A DNA stretch of 64,000 nucleotides from Trypanosoma brucei. Its lineage: Eukaryota. The notes beneath the pieces were generated by a model, which did no database searches, had not been told where the DNA came from, and worked only from the letters and a program-made list of their open reading frames with translations. Of the stretch, positions 1 to 11,209 are shown in pieces. Position 1 is the stretch's first letter. The number at the start of each line of letters is the position of its first letter. Both the position numbers and the translations under genes were made by a program. Location: positions 640,001-704,000 of the forward strand of contig CH464491.1 of the NCBI GenBank assembly GCA_000002445.1, in the 5' to 3' direction.

Positions 1-2
1 GC

Positions 3-2516
3 ACAGCAAAGTTGGCCGAAGCATTGCACCAGAAAAATGCTTATTCGATTGAAAGAGCTGCGCAACTCTCTGCTTCCGCTTATGCTTATGCGGAATCTCT
101 CTCTGCATTTTCTCCAAAGCCGCCTCCTGCAATCACGACTGCTCCGCCCCAGCAACAAACGAAGGCGGCTGCTTCCGAGACCACCCCGTTTCTCAAAAGC
201 ATTTTGGAGTCTTATCAGAAGGAGCGCGAGGGCAAGACACGTGGGAAGAATGGAGAAGCCACTGATGTTCCCGTGAAGAAGGCGCTGTCTGTGGATATTA
301 TTCGTCAGCCGGAAGAACCGCTTCCGTACAAGCGCGTATATTATGTGCCTGTTGTGGAGGAGAAACCTAATAGTGTGAGCGCCGTCAGGGAAGATGGTGT
401 AAATGATGTTAACTCAACAGTGAGAGAAGGGAATGGAGCAGGAGCTTCCACTTCTTCCGTTAGTGTCGTTGCCGCAGGCCCTTCAGCGGCATCAAATTCC
501 GAAATTTCTATTGAAAGCGGCGGTGTATCAGCGAACACTTCTGTGGGGAGCTCTGAAGTGGGCACGAATGTGATTTCTCAGAGCTTGGACACGGATCAGG
601 TAAGTGAAACCAGATCCCTATCCGCTGCATCCTCCAGAAATTCACCTCCCTCTCCAACATCTTCGACACCATCCGTTAATGAGCTTTCCGCCTCAACGGG
701 GCATTCATCCATCGCCGACGAGACTGGAAGCAGCATTAAAAGCTCTCACTCGACTAATATCCTCGCCACGCGAAATGAAGGCAAAGCGGAACCGCTGGTG
801 ACGACACTTAAAGAATTTTATCGTGCCTGTGGAAATGCCAACCGTCTCATGCAGGCCCTACTTGGAAGAAATATTCGCCTGACAGCGGTAACGCCGAAAA
901 AGAAAGGAGACGCATATAAAGAGAGGGAAGAGCACTCTGCCTCGTCCGAAAGTAGCGATAGCCGAAATGTGAAACAGAGTGAAAAACCCGAGTGGTTGGC
1001 TGCTTTGAAGCGCGATGTGAGAGATATTCGGAAGCTCCGACGGTTTATTGATCGCATGAAGCGGAATATTAAGTCGATTGACTGTCATCACCGTGCTCAG
1101 GAAGTGCGGCGAAAACTGTTTGTGAAAGCACAGCGGCTCGCAAAAGCACAACGACGGGTTCGGAACAACATGGATGCGGTGTCGGACGTTATGGATGAAA
1201 TCGCGGACATAATTAGAAGTGATGCCAGTGGTGCTGGTGATGAAGACGAGGTGGTGGATGATATTTCTGTAGCATTTTCTGCGGAGGGTAGCGACAGCAT
1301 CATGGATGAAGTCGATGATGAATTTAACTTCGGCGGAACGACGCGAAGTGGAGGCGGCATCTCAGATGAGGTGGATGATGAGGTGGTGGACGAGTTGCAG
1401 CAGAGTCGCTTAGGGAGTGCTGATGATGATGTCGTAACCGATGTTGTCAGTGAACTCAGTTGGGCAAAGGAGGAGAGTGATTTTGCCGAGGCGCTCGCGG
1501 AAGTGAGTGACATCAATGACTTGTTGGATGACGAAGTTCCTCTTCCTGATGAGGAATCTCTGATGGACGATGTTGTTGATGAGGATCTACCACCTGCTTC
1601 CTCTATAGAAACAGAAGGGAGTATTGAAGACCGTGTCGCGGCCGCTGGTGTTGATGATGTCGCTGATAACGTTATCAGTGGCGCCGTCGACGGCATTGTT
1701 GATGATGTTGAGGATGCTGCCTCGTCCGCCGTGATCACTGAGGAGTCGAGTGCTGATAATGCTGATGTGTCCAGCGTTATGCCGGCCTCTTCCGCTTCTA
1801 CCCGATCGTCAGAAGACACTGAGGATAGCGTGAAGCGTATGAGAGATATGAGTATGAGCAGAATTTATGATGATACAGAATCGGCGGAGAGTGCTCTTAA
1901 TGAACTAGAACGCGCTATGAGGATACCGACGAAGCAGCGCTCTCTGTCAAGTTCTGGGGCTCACCCGGTAAACTTCTTGGGGCTGGACATACAAAATGCG
2001 ATGAGTGCCGAAACCCTTGTAACCGAGGAATTAAAGGACGGATACGTGGTCAGGTCCGACTCTCATACATGGGAAAGCACTCTCCATAATGACGTTGCTT
2101 TCCCCCCTGCTCCCGCCGATATTACCCTCAGTGCTGATATAAACACGAACCCACCCACTCTGCGAAGTCTTTCCACGCCGACGAGCGTTGCTTCAGTGGC
2201 GGGTCTACCAGTGAAGGCTCCAGGTTGCGCTAATTACGAAACCGATGATATCGTTGCTCAGCTTAACTGGAAGGAACGGCAGCTGCTTCTATTTGAGAAG
2301 ATTCACCCAAAAACGATGTGGACTCAGGCAGAGACTGAGGACACACCAGCGGATGCGGAGGGGCCCGTCGAGGGTCGAGCGGGGTACCACTGGGGAATGT
2401 TAGAGACGCTCCTTCAGTATCGCTTTGCCCTTAATGCCGTCGACGAAGCTCATGATGACATTACTGATTACGTTGATGATTTCGAAGACATTATTTTTGA
2501 TGATTACGATGCCTAG
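3..2516 (+). CDS. Acidic Asp/Glu/Val/Ser-rich repetitive protein, 5'-partial (frame open to window edge); hypothetical
   Basis: Uninterrupted 834-codon frame with recurring DDVVD / DEVDD acidic motifs and an S/T-rich N-terminal half. No recognisable catalytic motif. The antisense ORF 1097-1819 is a low-complexity artefact of it. Confidence 0.5.
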   Translation, partial: TAKLAEALHQKNAYSIERAAQLSASAYAYAESLSAFSPKPPPAITTAPPQQQTKAAASETTPFLKSILESYQKEREGKTRGKNGEATDVPVKKALSVDIIRQPEEPLPYKRVYYVPVVEEKPNSVSAVREDGVNDVNSTVREGNGAGASTSSVSVVAAGPSAASNSEISIESGGVSANTSVGSSEVGTNVISQSLDTDQVSETRSLSAASSRNSPPSPTSSTPSVNELSASTGHSSIADETGSSIKSSHSTNILATRNEGKAEPLVTTLKEFYRACGNANRLMQALLGRNIRLTAVTPKKKGDAYKEREEHSASSESSDSRNVKQSEKPEWLAALKRDVRDIRKLRRFIDRMKRNIKSIDCHHRAQEVRRKLFVKAQRLAKAQRRVRNNMDAVSDVMDEIADIIRSDASGAGDEDEVVDDISVAFSAEGSDSIMDEVDDEFNFGGTTRSGGGISDEVDDEVVDELQQSRLGSADDDVVTDVVSELSWAKEESDFAEALAEVSDINDLLDDEVPLPDEESLMDDVVDEDLPPASSIETEGSIEDRVAAAGVDDVADNVISGAVDGIVDDVEDAASSAVITEESSADNADVSSVMPASSASTRSSEDTEDSVKRMRDMSMSRIYDDTESAESALNELERAMRIPTKQRSLSSSGAHPVNFLGLDIQNAMSAETLVTEELKDGYVVRSDSHTWESTLHNDVAFPPAPADITLSADINTNPPTLRSLSTPTSVASVAGLPVKAPGCANYETDDIVAQLNWKERQLLLFEKIHPKTMWTQAETEDTPADAEGPVEGRAGYHWGMLETLLQYRFALNAVDEAHDDITDYVDDFEDIIFDDYDA

Positions 2517-3293
2517 GAGAAGAGTTCGTCAGGTGCTTCTGAAGGCCTCGCTACCTGAAGGTGCGTTGGGAAGCCGGAACATTATTGAATGCGGAGCGTC
2601 CAGCAGTGTGATGCCACTGTTGTTCTTTTATCGACTCAAAGTGCACTGTTGAGTCCAAACTTGGTGTCGGGTGAGCGTGTGCGTGCACACCTAAGACACA
2701 CCGCTATAGAATTGGAAATACACAAATGTACACGTAGACGCGCGATCTTCACCTACATTATGAATTGCACATCTTTCCATTTGCTACTCATTATTTTATA
2801 ATTATTTCACTTTGCTTTGGCACCATTCAAAGCAAATCCCATACACCTACACACTATAGATGCATATATTAGATGTTTTCATGGACTGCCCCGCCAGTAT
2901 CTTCCATTTGTCCCTTCCAGAGGGATATAAGAACCATTTTTTTGTTTTTTTACTTTATATGCTCATGTATTGTGTTTCCACTATAATCCTCGCCACACCA
3001 CTGTTCAGGAATAACCGATTTTGTGTACTGGCGATCCGTTACAACATTTTTTTCCCGTATCTTTTATATTCCGTCTTTTGCCGAAGCGATATTTGAAACC
3101 GCTGAGGAGACGAGGTGCCCCCCAAAACCGCTAGCGCGCTTACTTTATTCGGTTGGTACTCCTCGCACTGGGGCATTAAATCTCCTTGATTAAGTTGTGG
3201 TATTACGTGATTGTGGTCGCTACGCAAGAAAAAAAAAACATTTACCGTAGGGTGGGGGGTGGGGGATAAGGGGGCCAATTGTCTCTAGTGTAG

Positions 3294-6200
3294 ATGAGCC
3301 AACAAAAGGGGAAGAAACATCGCTCGGACTTTCTCGATGACGACTGTGGTCAGAGTGCATTGCAGCTCGCAGCACGTGGTAGTGCAATCATCGTGGAGTT
3401 GCTTCGCCTTTCGCAACACATACCACGGGAGTTTGTGCATCCAGAGGAGTCGGAATACGCGGCGATCATAAGTGACTTCTCCTACTTCAAGGCAACAGAG
3501 GCATTCGAGGAGAACATTTCTAAATCTGAGGTGCTACTTCAGAGGGATGAGGTCTTCGGCAATACCCATGTGGAGTTTCTTGACCGCTGCTTCAAGTTGT
3601 TTCGCGGTGTATTTGGTTACGTAGTGGAACTCAACCGATTCGTGGAGGAAATACTCGATGGTATGTACGTCTCACACACTATTGAGTCCATCTTGGCAGA
3701 TATCGATGGCAAGCAAATTCTTTGTGAAATATATCACCTCTACGGAGTTATGCTACTACTGCTTGACCACAGATTTGGTGGGAAAATACGGGAGTATATT
3801 CTCGTTAGTTACATACGCTATAAGGGGACTAGTGAGCCGAACATGATGGATGTGACGAGTTTGTGCCGCACAACCGGGTACCGTTGCGACTCAGCAAATG
3901 GGCTACCGCCGAATTACCCATTATCATACTTCAATCGCGTTCCAGTTGACAAAAAGGTCGTTGGAACCATTATTGGTCGTATTCGATCCGATGACATTTA
4001 TCAGATGTCGTACAACTTTCCGGTGCCCGAGCACCGTAGCGCTGCTTTGTCTTTACAAGGAGCTGTGTTGTACGTGCTTCTTTTTTTCAAACCTGAGATA
4101 CTCCAACATGAGGGGCCCGTTATGCGTGAAATTGTGGACAAACACTTCGCTGATAATTGGATCATTAATTACTACATGGGATTCACCGTGGACCTTATGG
4201 TGGCATGGCGTGAGTTCCCAGCCGCGAGGAATGCCATCAGTGGCACTGTGACTTTGGAAAACATTGGATATTATATGACGCGGCAACGGCAGAGCATGTC
4301 GAGCGTGTACGATTCAATCGAGGAGGTTCTCCGCCAAGGAGTTCTCACCGAGCAGTACGTGTTGGACAATATTCATTCCACATTGCTTCCACTCATTCGC
4401 GAGGCGAATGTTGTGCTGCGTTGGTTTGTGCTACACACACACCGACTTGATGGCCGCAATTTCTATCATGAGAAAAGTAGACAAATTTACGAAATGATTG
4501 CTGGGTGCGTAAGGGACGATGATATCATCATGTTGCTTCTGCGCACAGCTCAGCTAGAGTTTACTCTGCGAGCCATGTTTGCGAACCTGTTGAAGCAGAA
4601 AAGAGCCCGCTGGGAATCCTCCCGACAGGAGGGGGCAATGAAAATGGCCAAATTGTCCACTTTTTTCTCGGGAAAGCACGTTTTGAGTGATGACATGTGC
4701 GACCCGCAGCTGGAGGCGTGGTTTATGGAGATATCGCAAAGAATCGAGGGTTTGGAATATGCTAACAGTACCATTGCCAGCAGGAAGATTCAAAAACTGA
4801 TAAAGGCTTTGGAAAATGTGCAAGAGTTTCATCAGGTTGATAGCAACTTACAGGTGATTCAATTTGTACAAGACACTCGTTTCCTTCTACTCCAAATGAT
4901 ACGTTACATCAATATTGAGAATAAAGTTCTTATTACCATTGCCACTGTTGGGGATGTCTCCTACGCCTGGGAGAGTATGGCATACTACAACAATTATGTA
5001 ATTGCAATGCAGTTGAAGATTAAGCAGAAACCTGATCTTGCAGTGCAGATGCGCGCAGTTTTCATGAAACTGGCGTCGCTGCTCGAGCTGCCATGCAATC
5101 GGATCGATCAAGGAGCGCAGAATGATGCACGCCTTCTAGTAGCCCTTGAAAGCACCTCTGAGTATTACTCTGGGGAGTTGGTGGCCTTTGCTCGACGAGT
5201 TCTGCACATTATCCCTACTTCCATTTTCAGTATTCTCCGACAGGTTATGGACATTCTTACCAACCACCTACATGAGTGCCCAACGAAACTGGCAAGGAAA
5301 GAAATGAAGGGGCAAAGTCAACTGAACGTGCGGAAAGCACTTTCGACTCACACAGCTGACATTGTGAAATACGCAAGCGGCATTTTGGCGATGGAAAGTA
5401 CACTTGTCGGGATTATCCAGGTGGATCCTCATCAGCTTCTTGAAGATGGCATAAGGAAGGAACTTCTTCAACAAATAACGATGGAATTACACAACTCACT
5501 TCTCTTCGACGCGAAAAAACCGCCTTCGGCCGCCTCCTTTAATGAGGGGCTTGCTCGGCTCGCTCAAAAGTTGAACGGCATTCGCGCCTCCTTCGAGTAC
5601 ATTCAGGATTATGTAAATGTACACGGTCTTAGGATTTGGTTGGAAGAGTTCTCACGGATTGTGAACTTTAACGTGGAGATGGAGTGTAATGCGTTTTTAC
5701 AAAAGAAGTTATATCCATGGGAATCACAGTATCAGTCGGAGAGTATTCCCATCCCTTACTTCGAGCCAACACCTGGTCGATCAACATACAGTTTTCTTGG
5801 AGGAATTTCGCAGCATCTCATTGCCATCACTGACCCCTCACACGCCCTTTTCCTCAAGTCATATGGGGCTTGGTTCGAACGCAACTCACTCGAGGAAGTT
5901 GTTGGCTCACGAACCTTTGCTAGCATAGGAGAAGCCATCGGTTCCATGGGGCTCGTTGCACTTGACAGGATGTTGTGTTTCATTATTGCGAAGAACCTAC
6001 AACAATTGCTGAAGACCATTCGGGCCACTTTAGAGCCGTTGGAAGAAACGGTTATGAACCTGGCGGAGGAACTTTGTTCCAGTAGCCATGACCCTAGGAA
6101 GCTTATTGAAATTTACGAAAAACTGATGAAGTTGATCAATAGCAGTGGCGGTGAGGGTAGTGTCCCCCTGGAGACGAAGGAATACAACAATCGCGTTGTG

Positions 6201-6947
6201 ATTAAGGACCACCTGGCCGAGGTGACAAAACTTATGGTGCTCGTTGGAAGGATCCAGATCATGCGTGTGATGATTGCGCACGAGCTCCGTTCGTTTTGTA
6301 AACTTAATAGCGGCTCGCTCTTTGCTGCCTTATCTACGGTTAATGAAGCTCTGCTGACAGACCTGCAGCATCACTATCATAGTCCCGATTCCCATCCGAT
6401 GCCTGGTGAAATTATAAACGCTGTTTCGCCTTTTCTGGACTGTGCTGGTATAAGTGACGCTTTGACGAAAGTGTACGTTACATCCAAACCAATCCCATCG
6501 TTTGTGTTTTACCTGATTGCTCTCACATTACGAAACATACCGCGAATGCGTTACGATGATAAACTCGCCTCCATGGTGCCGTCAGAACTCAAGTACCTGC
6601 TGGATCCTGAGGCCCTCGTCATTGCTCTTGCTTTACTCCTGAAACAATTTCATTCAGATCAGCTGGTTCTGTTTTTGAACCACCTTTCCCGCGTGGTATG
6701 TGCTGTCGTCCGAAACTTTTACGAAGATTCGCAGCAACAACAACAACAGAAACAAAAGCAAAAGAAGAAGGATAGTGGTCCACAACAAAGGCTGGATGAT
6801 ATCCTGCCCGAAGACGCCGAGAAAATAGTGCACGTAATTCACGGAGTGGCAGAAGCCACAGGGGCCCCCACCTTAGATCTTCACCGCATGTTTCCGGCCC
6901 CGCTCTCTGGAGATTTTCGGTTGCCCGTTACTAAAGGAAAAGGCTGA
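3294..6947 (+). CDS. Strumpellin (WASH complex subunit 5) homologue
   Basis: 1217 aa. Long collinear similarity to the strumpellin N-terminus and core as I recall it. Examples: CGQSALQLAARGSAIIVELLRLS; DGKQILCEIYHLYGVMLLLLD...LVSYIRY; PNYPLSYFNRVPV...IGRIRSDDIY...PEHRSAAL...MREIVDKHF.DNW; QVDPHQLLEDGIRKEL; FEYIQDYVN.HGLRIW.EE. ATG at 3294; internal polyQ encoded by (CAA)n at 6727-6747. Confidence 0.8.
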   Translation: MSQQKGKKHRSDFLDDDCGQSALQLAARGSAIIVELLRLSQHIPREFVHPEESEYAAIISDFSYFKATEAFEENISKSEVLLQRDEVFGNTHVEFLDRCFKLFRGVFGYVVELNRFVEEILDGMYVSHTIESILADIDGKQILCEIYHLYGVMLLLLDHRFGGKIREYILVSYIRYKGTSEPNMMDVTSLCRTTGYRCDSANGLPPNYPLSYFNRVPVDKKVVGTIIGRIRSDDIYQMSYNFPVPEHRSAALSLQGAVLYVLLFFKPEILQHEGPVMREIVDKHFADNWIINYYMGFTVDLMVAWREFPAARNAISGTVTLENIGYYMTRQRQSMSSVYDSIEEVLRQGVLTEQYVLDNIHSTLLPLIREANVVLRWFVLHTHRLDGRNFYHEKSRQIYEMIAGCVRDDDIIMLLLRTAQLEFTLRAMFANLLKQKRARWESSRQEGAMKMAKLSTFFSGKHVLSDDMCDPQLEAWFMEISQRIEGLEYANSTIASRKIQKLIKALENVQEFHQVDSNLQVIQFVQDTRFLLLQMIRYINIENKVLITIATVGDVSYAWESMAYYNNYVIAMQLKIKQKPDLAVQMRAVFMKLASLLELPCNRIDQGAQNDARLLVALESTSEYYSGELVAFARRVLHIIPTSIFSILRQVMDILTNHLHECPTKLARKEMKGQSQLNVRKALSTHTADIVKYASGILAMESTLVGIIQVDPHQLLEDGIRKELLQQITMELHNSLLFDAKKPPSAASFNEGLARLAQKLNGIRASFEYIQDYVNVHGLRIWLEEFSRIVNFNVEMECNAFLQKKLYPWESQYQSESIPIPYFEPTPGRSTYSFLGGISQHLIAITDPSHALFLKSYGAWFERNSLEEVVGSRTFASIGEAIGSMGLVALDRMLCFIIAKNLQQLLKTIRATLEPLEETVMNLAEELCSSSHDPRKLIEIYEKLMKLINSSGGEGSVPLETKEYNNRVVIKDHLAEVTKLMVLVGRIQIMRVMIAHELRSFCKLNSGSLFAALSTVNEALLTDLQHHYHSPDSHPMPGEIINAVSPFLDCAGISDALTKVYVTSKPIPSFVFYLIALTLRNIPRMRYDDKLASMVPSELKYLLDPEALVIALALLLKQFHSDQLVLFLNHLSRVVCAVVRNFYEDSQQQQQQKQKQKKKDSGPQQRLDDILPEDAEKIVHVIHGVAEATGAPTLDLHRMFPAPLSGDFRLPVTKGKG

Positions 6948-7558
6948 CCACTTTTATTGCTTTCAGTGGCTCTTCTCGACAATAATCCACTTGCTCCTTG
7001 CGACTTTTTTTGTATGACCTGTCGGTTTGCTACATTACTGTTTTTTGCTTTTGCTAGTAGCTGTTGCCGTGTCTTCCCTCGGAGTTAACTTCTCTGCGAT
7101 CCCTGAGAAATGAAAAGGCTTCACTGTTTGTGTGCTACAGTTGTATCGGCTGATACGGAGGAATGAATGAAATGGATTACATAAACTTGTTCTCTGTTGT
7201 TGCACTTCTACGTTTGTGAGAGGTTATGTGCTTCCGCAATAGGAAGTGCCGCCTCCCTGCTGCCGTTGGTCCTTGCGATAATTCACCGCAAACCTATCAC
7301 CTGTGCTCCGCCCTCGTTTCGTCTATTCTTGTTTTTCGTGCGCAAACTTTCTCCAACGTGTTCCTGCACTTGCTTGGTCGTGGGTTCATTCTTTTGACGG
7401 TCTGTTGGAATCGCCCCAAATGGATGTGCGTCCAAAAGAGTTTAGGAGGGCGTTGAAGTAAGTACAAAGGGGAGGGAAGCAACCACCATCGTTAAATTTC
7501 GGCGAGAATATATATATATAAGTGGTCAAAGGCAAAGAAAAGGAGGCAAGTTGAGGTT

Positions 7559-9076
7559 ATGAATGTCCTTGAAGATCTTGAAGCTCAGGTAGCAACAGCA
7601 AGACTTAGACTTCATGAGCTGGAGGAGCGGCTGCACGAAGAGCGGAACCGAGTCAACTCGTGTGGAGCTGATGTGCTCACCTCTAGTGGCCCTTCTTCCA
7701 TTGACAATAGCGGAGGCTCTACTGCAGGAGAGACTCCGTCTTTCGTATCGTCGTCTGGTTCTTTGACGAAATCTGACGTTGAGAGGTTTTCCCGACAGAT
7801 TGTGCTGGAAGATATAGGCGCTAAGGGAATGGATCGCATTCGGCGAGGACGTGTTTTACTGGTCGGTGCTGGTGGTTTGGGTAGTACAGCTGCTCTCTAC
7901 CTTGTCGCTGCTGGTGTTGGTGAACTTTGCATTGTTGATTTTGACACTGTAGAGCACAGCAACCTTCATCGGCAGATAATACACAACACAATGCGTGTTG
8001 GTATGTCGAAAGCCGAGAGTGCGGTTCAGTCATGTTTAGCCCTCAACCCTCGAGCCAAGATTCGAGCCATCACGGCCCCCTTCACACCCGCAAACGCAGA
8101 AGAACTTGTGCGTGGTTGTGACGTTGTGGTGGATGGTTCTGACAATGTGGCGACACGTTACTTAATTAACGATGCAGCGGCGCGTTATCGTCGACCATTG
8201 GTGAGTGGCAGTGCGTTGCGATGGGAGGGGCAATTAAGTGTTTACTGCGGCGGCCTAAGCTGCCCCTGCTATCGTTGCCTCTTTCCAACGCCTCCACCAG
8301 CATCGGCTGTGGGAAGCTGTAATGACACTGGAGTGGTTGGCCCCGTGCCCGGTTGTATTGGGTGTTTGCAAGCCACAGAGGCTCTTAAGTTGTTGGCGGG
8401 TGCAGGTGATGTCCTCGAGGGTCGGCTGCTTTTGCTTGACGCCTTGCGGATGCAACTCCGCGTCGTTCGGTTGCGGGGGCGCCAGAAAGACTGCCCGGCT
8501 TGTGGGGAGGCTGCGAAACTTAACGTTGGCAAATCGCTTCAGCAACTTGCCGCGGAGCGACCAGAATATGTTATGCCATCGTGTGCCTCAGGAGCGCTGC
8601 GGAGCGCAAATATGTTGCCTGCTGAGGCCAACGTGGCTCCTTCTGTGTATTTTTCCGTGTTGCAGAAGCTTTTAAGGGGTGAAAGGATGTCGTGGATGAC
8701 CCTTGACGTACGGCCCAAGGAGCAGTACGACATGGCCCATCTGCCTCACAGTGTCTCTCTCCCATTAAAGCAACTGGAGATGTGGAAGCGTGACGGTGTG
8801 CTTCAAAACGAGTGGGAGAAATTTGTCAACAGCGTACCGTGCGCCAGCAGAGGGCCGATGGATGTCTACGTCATTTGCCGTCGTGGTATTTCATCCGTAA
8901 AAGCTATGCAGGTGCTTCTTCCGCTTCAGGAGTGGTGCCCTAAAAGTTGTGGAACGGATGTAGACGGCAAAGCAGCGATACATCAAAATCCCGGCAAACG
9001 GTTTCGCTTCATTAATGTGGATGGGGGGCTGAATCGCTACCACCGTGAAGTAGACAGAAACTTCCCCTTTTACTAA
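7559..9076 (+). CDS. UBA4: MOCS3/Uba4-type adenylyltransferase-sulfurtransferase (ThiF/MoeB E1-like domain plus C-terminal rhodanese)
   Basis: Rossmann nucleotide motif VLLVGAGGLGS. MoeB-type CxxC pairs (CPCYRC, CPACG). GCIGCLQATEALKLL motif. C-terminal rhodanese domain with active-site CRRGISS. N-terminal coiled-coil extension. Confidence 0.8.
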   Translation: MNVLEDLEAQVATARLRLHELEERLHEERNRVNSCGADVLTSSGPSSIDNSGGSTAGETPSFVSSSGSLTKSDVERFSRQIVLEDIGAKGMDRIRRGRVLLVGAGGLGSTAALYLVAAGVGELCIVDFDTVEHSNLHRQIIHNTMRVGMSKAESAVQSCLALNPRAKIRAITAPFTPANAEELVRGCDVVVDGSDNVATRYLINDAAARYRRPLVSGSALRWEGQLSVYCGGLSCPCYRCLFPTPPPASAVGSCNDTGVVGPVPGCIGCLQATEALKLLAGAGDVLEGRLLLLDALRMQLRVVRLRGRQKDCPACGEAAKLNVGKSLQQLAAERPEYVMPSCASGALRSANMLPAEANVAPSVYFSVLQKLLRGERMSWMTLDVRPKEQYDMAHLPHSVSLPLKQLEMWKRDGVLQNEWEKFVNSVPCASRGPMDVYVICRRGISSVKAMQVLLPLQEWCPKSCGTDVDGKAAIHQNPGKRFRFINVDGGLNRYHREVDRNFPFY

Positions 9077-9537
9077 AATCCATTGATTTACCTATTAAGG
9101 TAATCGGACGTCGTGCCCCCACATCTGGTAACGCAACACATATCACATCTTTGACAAAAAAAAGAAGGGAACATAGCCCGCCAACAAGCATTTTTGTCTC
9201 TCCCCTAAAATCAACCGAACTTGTTCTTTTCACTTGCTCCCTTCTGCATGGGATTGCTTTCGTGCCTGGCGTGCACCCTGAAAATGGATGGGAAACGAAG
9301 TATAAAAGTAAGTTTATTATATAACCTTTGCGTCTTTCCCGTCTTTGGCAGCACAAACGTGCGTTTCGTTTCGTCCGATTGCTGCATCGCTCGTGCTGTA
9401 TCGGATGGCTGATTGTGCTTTGTTTCTATTACCGATTCGTCGTTTTGCAACTTTTGCTTTCTTTTACCGCTAAACTCTTCCATGAGCTTCGTTTAGGGAA
9501 GGAAAGGAGTTCAGCAAATTGTGGTTAACTGAATACC

Positions 9538-11124
9538 ATGAGCCGTCCGTATACCAAAGGAGGTGGCCCCAACCGAGCCGACAGCCGAAGGCGACGGAAA
9601 GGTGACTACGATCGTGATGTCCTCACCGATCGCGGTGGACATAATAGCAGTTGGAATGCTAAACCTGATAGAAGTCGGCGAGGCAGTCGGGGTGGTTCCG
9701 GTCCGCCGGGAAAAGGGACTGGCGGTAGTGATAATCAAGTCCCGCAGTCAACAATGATGACAACTCTGTTGGACCTTCTCTTTCAGAAGTCTTCCAGTGT
9801 CATCTTCAACCGGGAGTCTGGCATGTTAAATCTTTCAAACTTCAGTCAGTCTCAGGATCTTACTGATGTTCGAAAGAGTGTGGACTTTAACAACGTCACA
9901 TTCTGCCGGAGCCTTGTGAGTGTCATCAAGAGTCACATGGGGTCGATGCTACGGGCTGTTGCTGTCAACGACAATAAGATAACCAAATTGTCTGTTTTCT
10001 TGTCGGCGTTGGTGGAGGCTGACCTTCACATTGGGATCACAGCGTTATCGGCCACCGGGAACACCATTGACGACCTCTCCTTTATTGGACCCCTGAAACG
10101 TTTTGTTAACCTTGGTGAATTAGTTTTAAAGGAGAACCCCGTAACGAGACGGGAGGATTACAATTCAAGTGTGATTCAAAAGGTCAAGTCACTCATGATG
10201 CTTGACGACAAGGTTATTAACCGCGCACCGTTGCGCCTCCCCAACCCAATACCATCAAGCCTTTCGCAACTTCAGTTTCAGGTTTTATATTTCCTTGAGG
10301 CTGACGTTTTCTCCGCTGCGGCGGAAGGGAAATGGGATACCCTGACGGGGGTCTATGCTAAAAATGCCCTCTTTAGTGTTAGTCGTTCAGAGGAACCCAT
10401 TGCGTGCCGCATCCCATTTGATGCGAAGCACAAATCAGACACACTAAACCCAACCCAGCGCAAGGTAATGACAGACGACTTCGTTTTTTTGCGTAAGAAT
10501 GTGCCATGGCGGAATCTTCACGTAGAAATTCATTCTTTACGTTCCATCGCTTGCGGGCAAACGAAGGCTGTGAAAGCCATCAATATCCTCGGAGGGGGTG
10601 AGAGAAAGTTTTTTTCCGTATCGCATGAACTCAATGGTAATGCCAATGTTGTGTTCCTATCGGACAACATGGCGGTACCAACATGTGTCCTAACAATTCA
10701 TGGAAGGTTGTTTTGGCACTGGTCACCAATAGATGGTGGCGAAAAGATATTTGCGCGCGATGATGCCCCTTTTGTGAGTTGTTTTTTCCACCGCACCATG
10801 TCCTTAACGTTGGACCCAAACGGGACGACATGGTCGGTGCACAATGATATGATGTTTCTTCGCCCTGACCGACTCCTCCGGCAGGAAAGTGGTGAAAAGG
10901 CCCTTCCTATGTTCTTTGCGAATGATCCCATGCGAATTGAGGAAATGCGGCGTCGGTACCTTCCACAAGCAAAAACTGATGTGATGAAAACCATTGTGGA
11001 AGCCGTAAGCAGCGATGCCGACGTTGTAGGTTTTATTCAGAATTGTCTTGCGAAACTGCCACCGGATCAACTGGAAATCGCCTTGTCGGCAAGTGATGTC
11101 ATGGCAAACTTACTTGGAGGTTAA
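9538..11124 (+). CDS. MEX67b: Nuclear RNA export factor paralogue (Mex67b-like): RG-rich N-terminus, LRR and NTF2-like domains
   Basis: Collinear similarity to the Mex67 ORF at 20345-22072 (LLDLLFQK / MLKLVFEK; LSNFSQSQDLTDV / LTQFKEIPDLTDV; LVLKENPV / IVLRDNPI; NTF2-like C-terminal half). Lacks the CCCH finger and instead has an Arg/Gly-rich N-terminus. Confidence 0.7.
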   Translation: MSRPYTKGGGPNRADSRRRRKGDYDRDVLTDRGGHNSSWNAKPDRSRRGSRGGSGPPGKGTGGSDNQVPQSTMMTTLLDLLFQKSSSVIFNRESGMLNLSNFSQSQDLTDVRKSVDFNNVTFCRSLVSVIKSHMGSMLRAVAVNDNKITKLSVFLSALVEADLHIGITALSATGNTIDDLSFIGPLKRFVNLGELVLKENPVTRREDYNSSVIQKVKSLMMLDDKVINRAPLRLPNPIPSSLSQLQFQVLYFLEADVFSAAAEGKWDTLTGVYAKNALFSVSRSEEPIACRIPFDAKHKSDTLNPTQRKVMTDDFVFLRKNVPWRNLHVEIHSLRSIACGQTKAVKAINILGGGERKFFSVSHELNGNANVVFLSDNMAVPTCVLTIHGRLFWHWSPIDGGEKIFARDDAPFVSCFFHRTMSLTLDPNGTTWSVHNDMMFLRPDRLLRQESGEKALPMFFANDPMRIEEMRRRYLPQAKTDVMKTIVEAVSSDADVVGFIQNCLAKLPPDQLEIALSASDVMANLLGG

Positions 11125-11180
11125 GAAGGGAATATAAAGAAGACATCAAAGTTGTAATACCAGTGCAGTCCTAGTTCGTC

Positions 11181-11209
11181 TGTGTTTGTGTGTGTGTGTG
11201 TGTGTGTGT
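11181..11209. repeat. (TG)n microsatellite
   Basis: Direct reading. Confidence 0.95.

Noticed and set aside
1097-1819. 240-aa Ser/Thr-rich ORF antisense to the acidic protein
   Set aside because: It is the reverse-complement reading of GAT/GAC/GTT-rich repeats. Typical shadow ORF inside a confident CDS.
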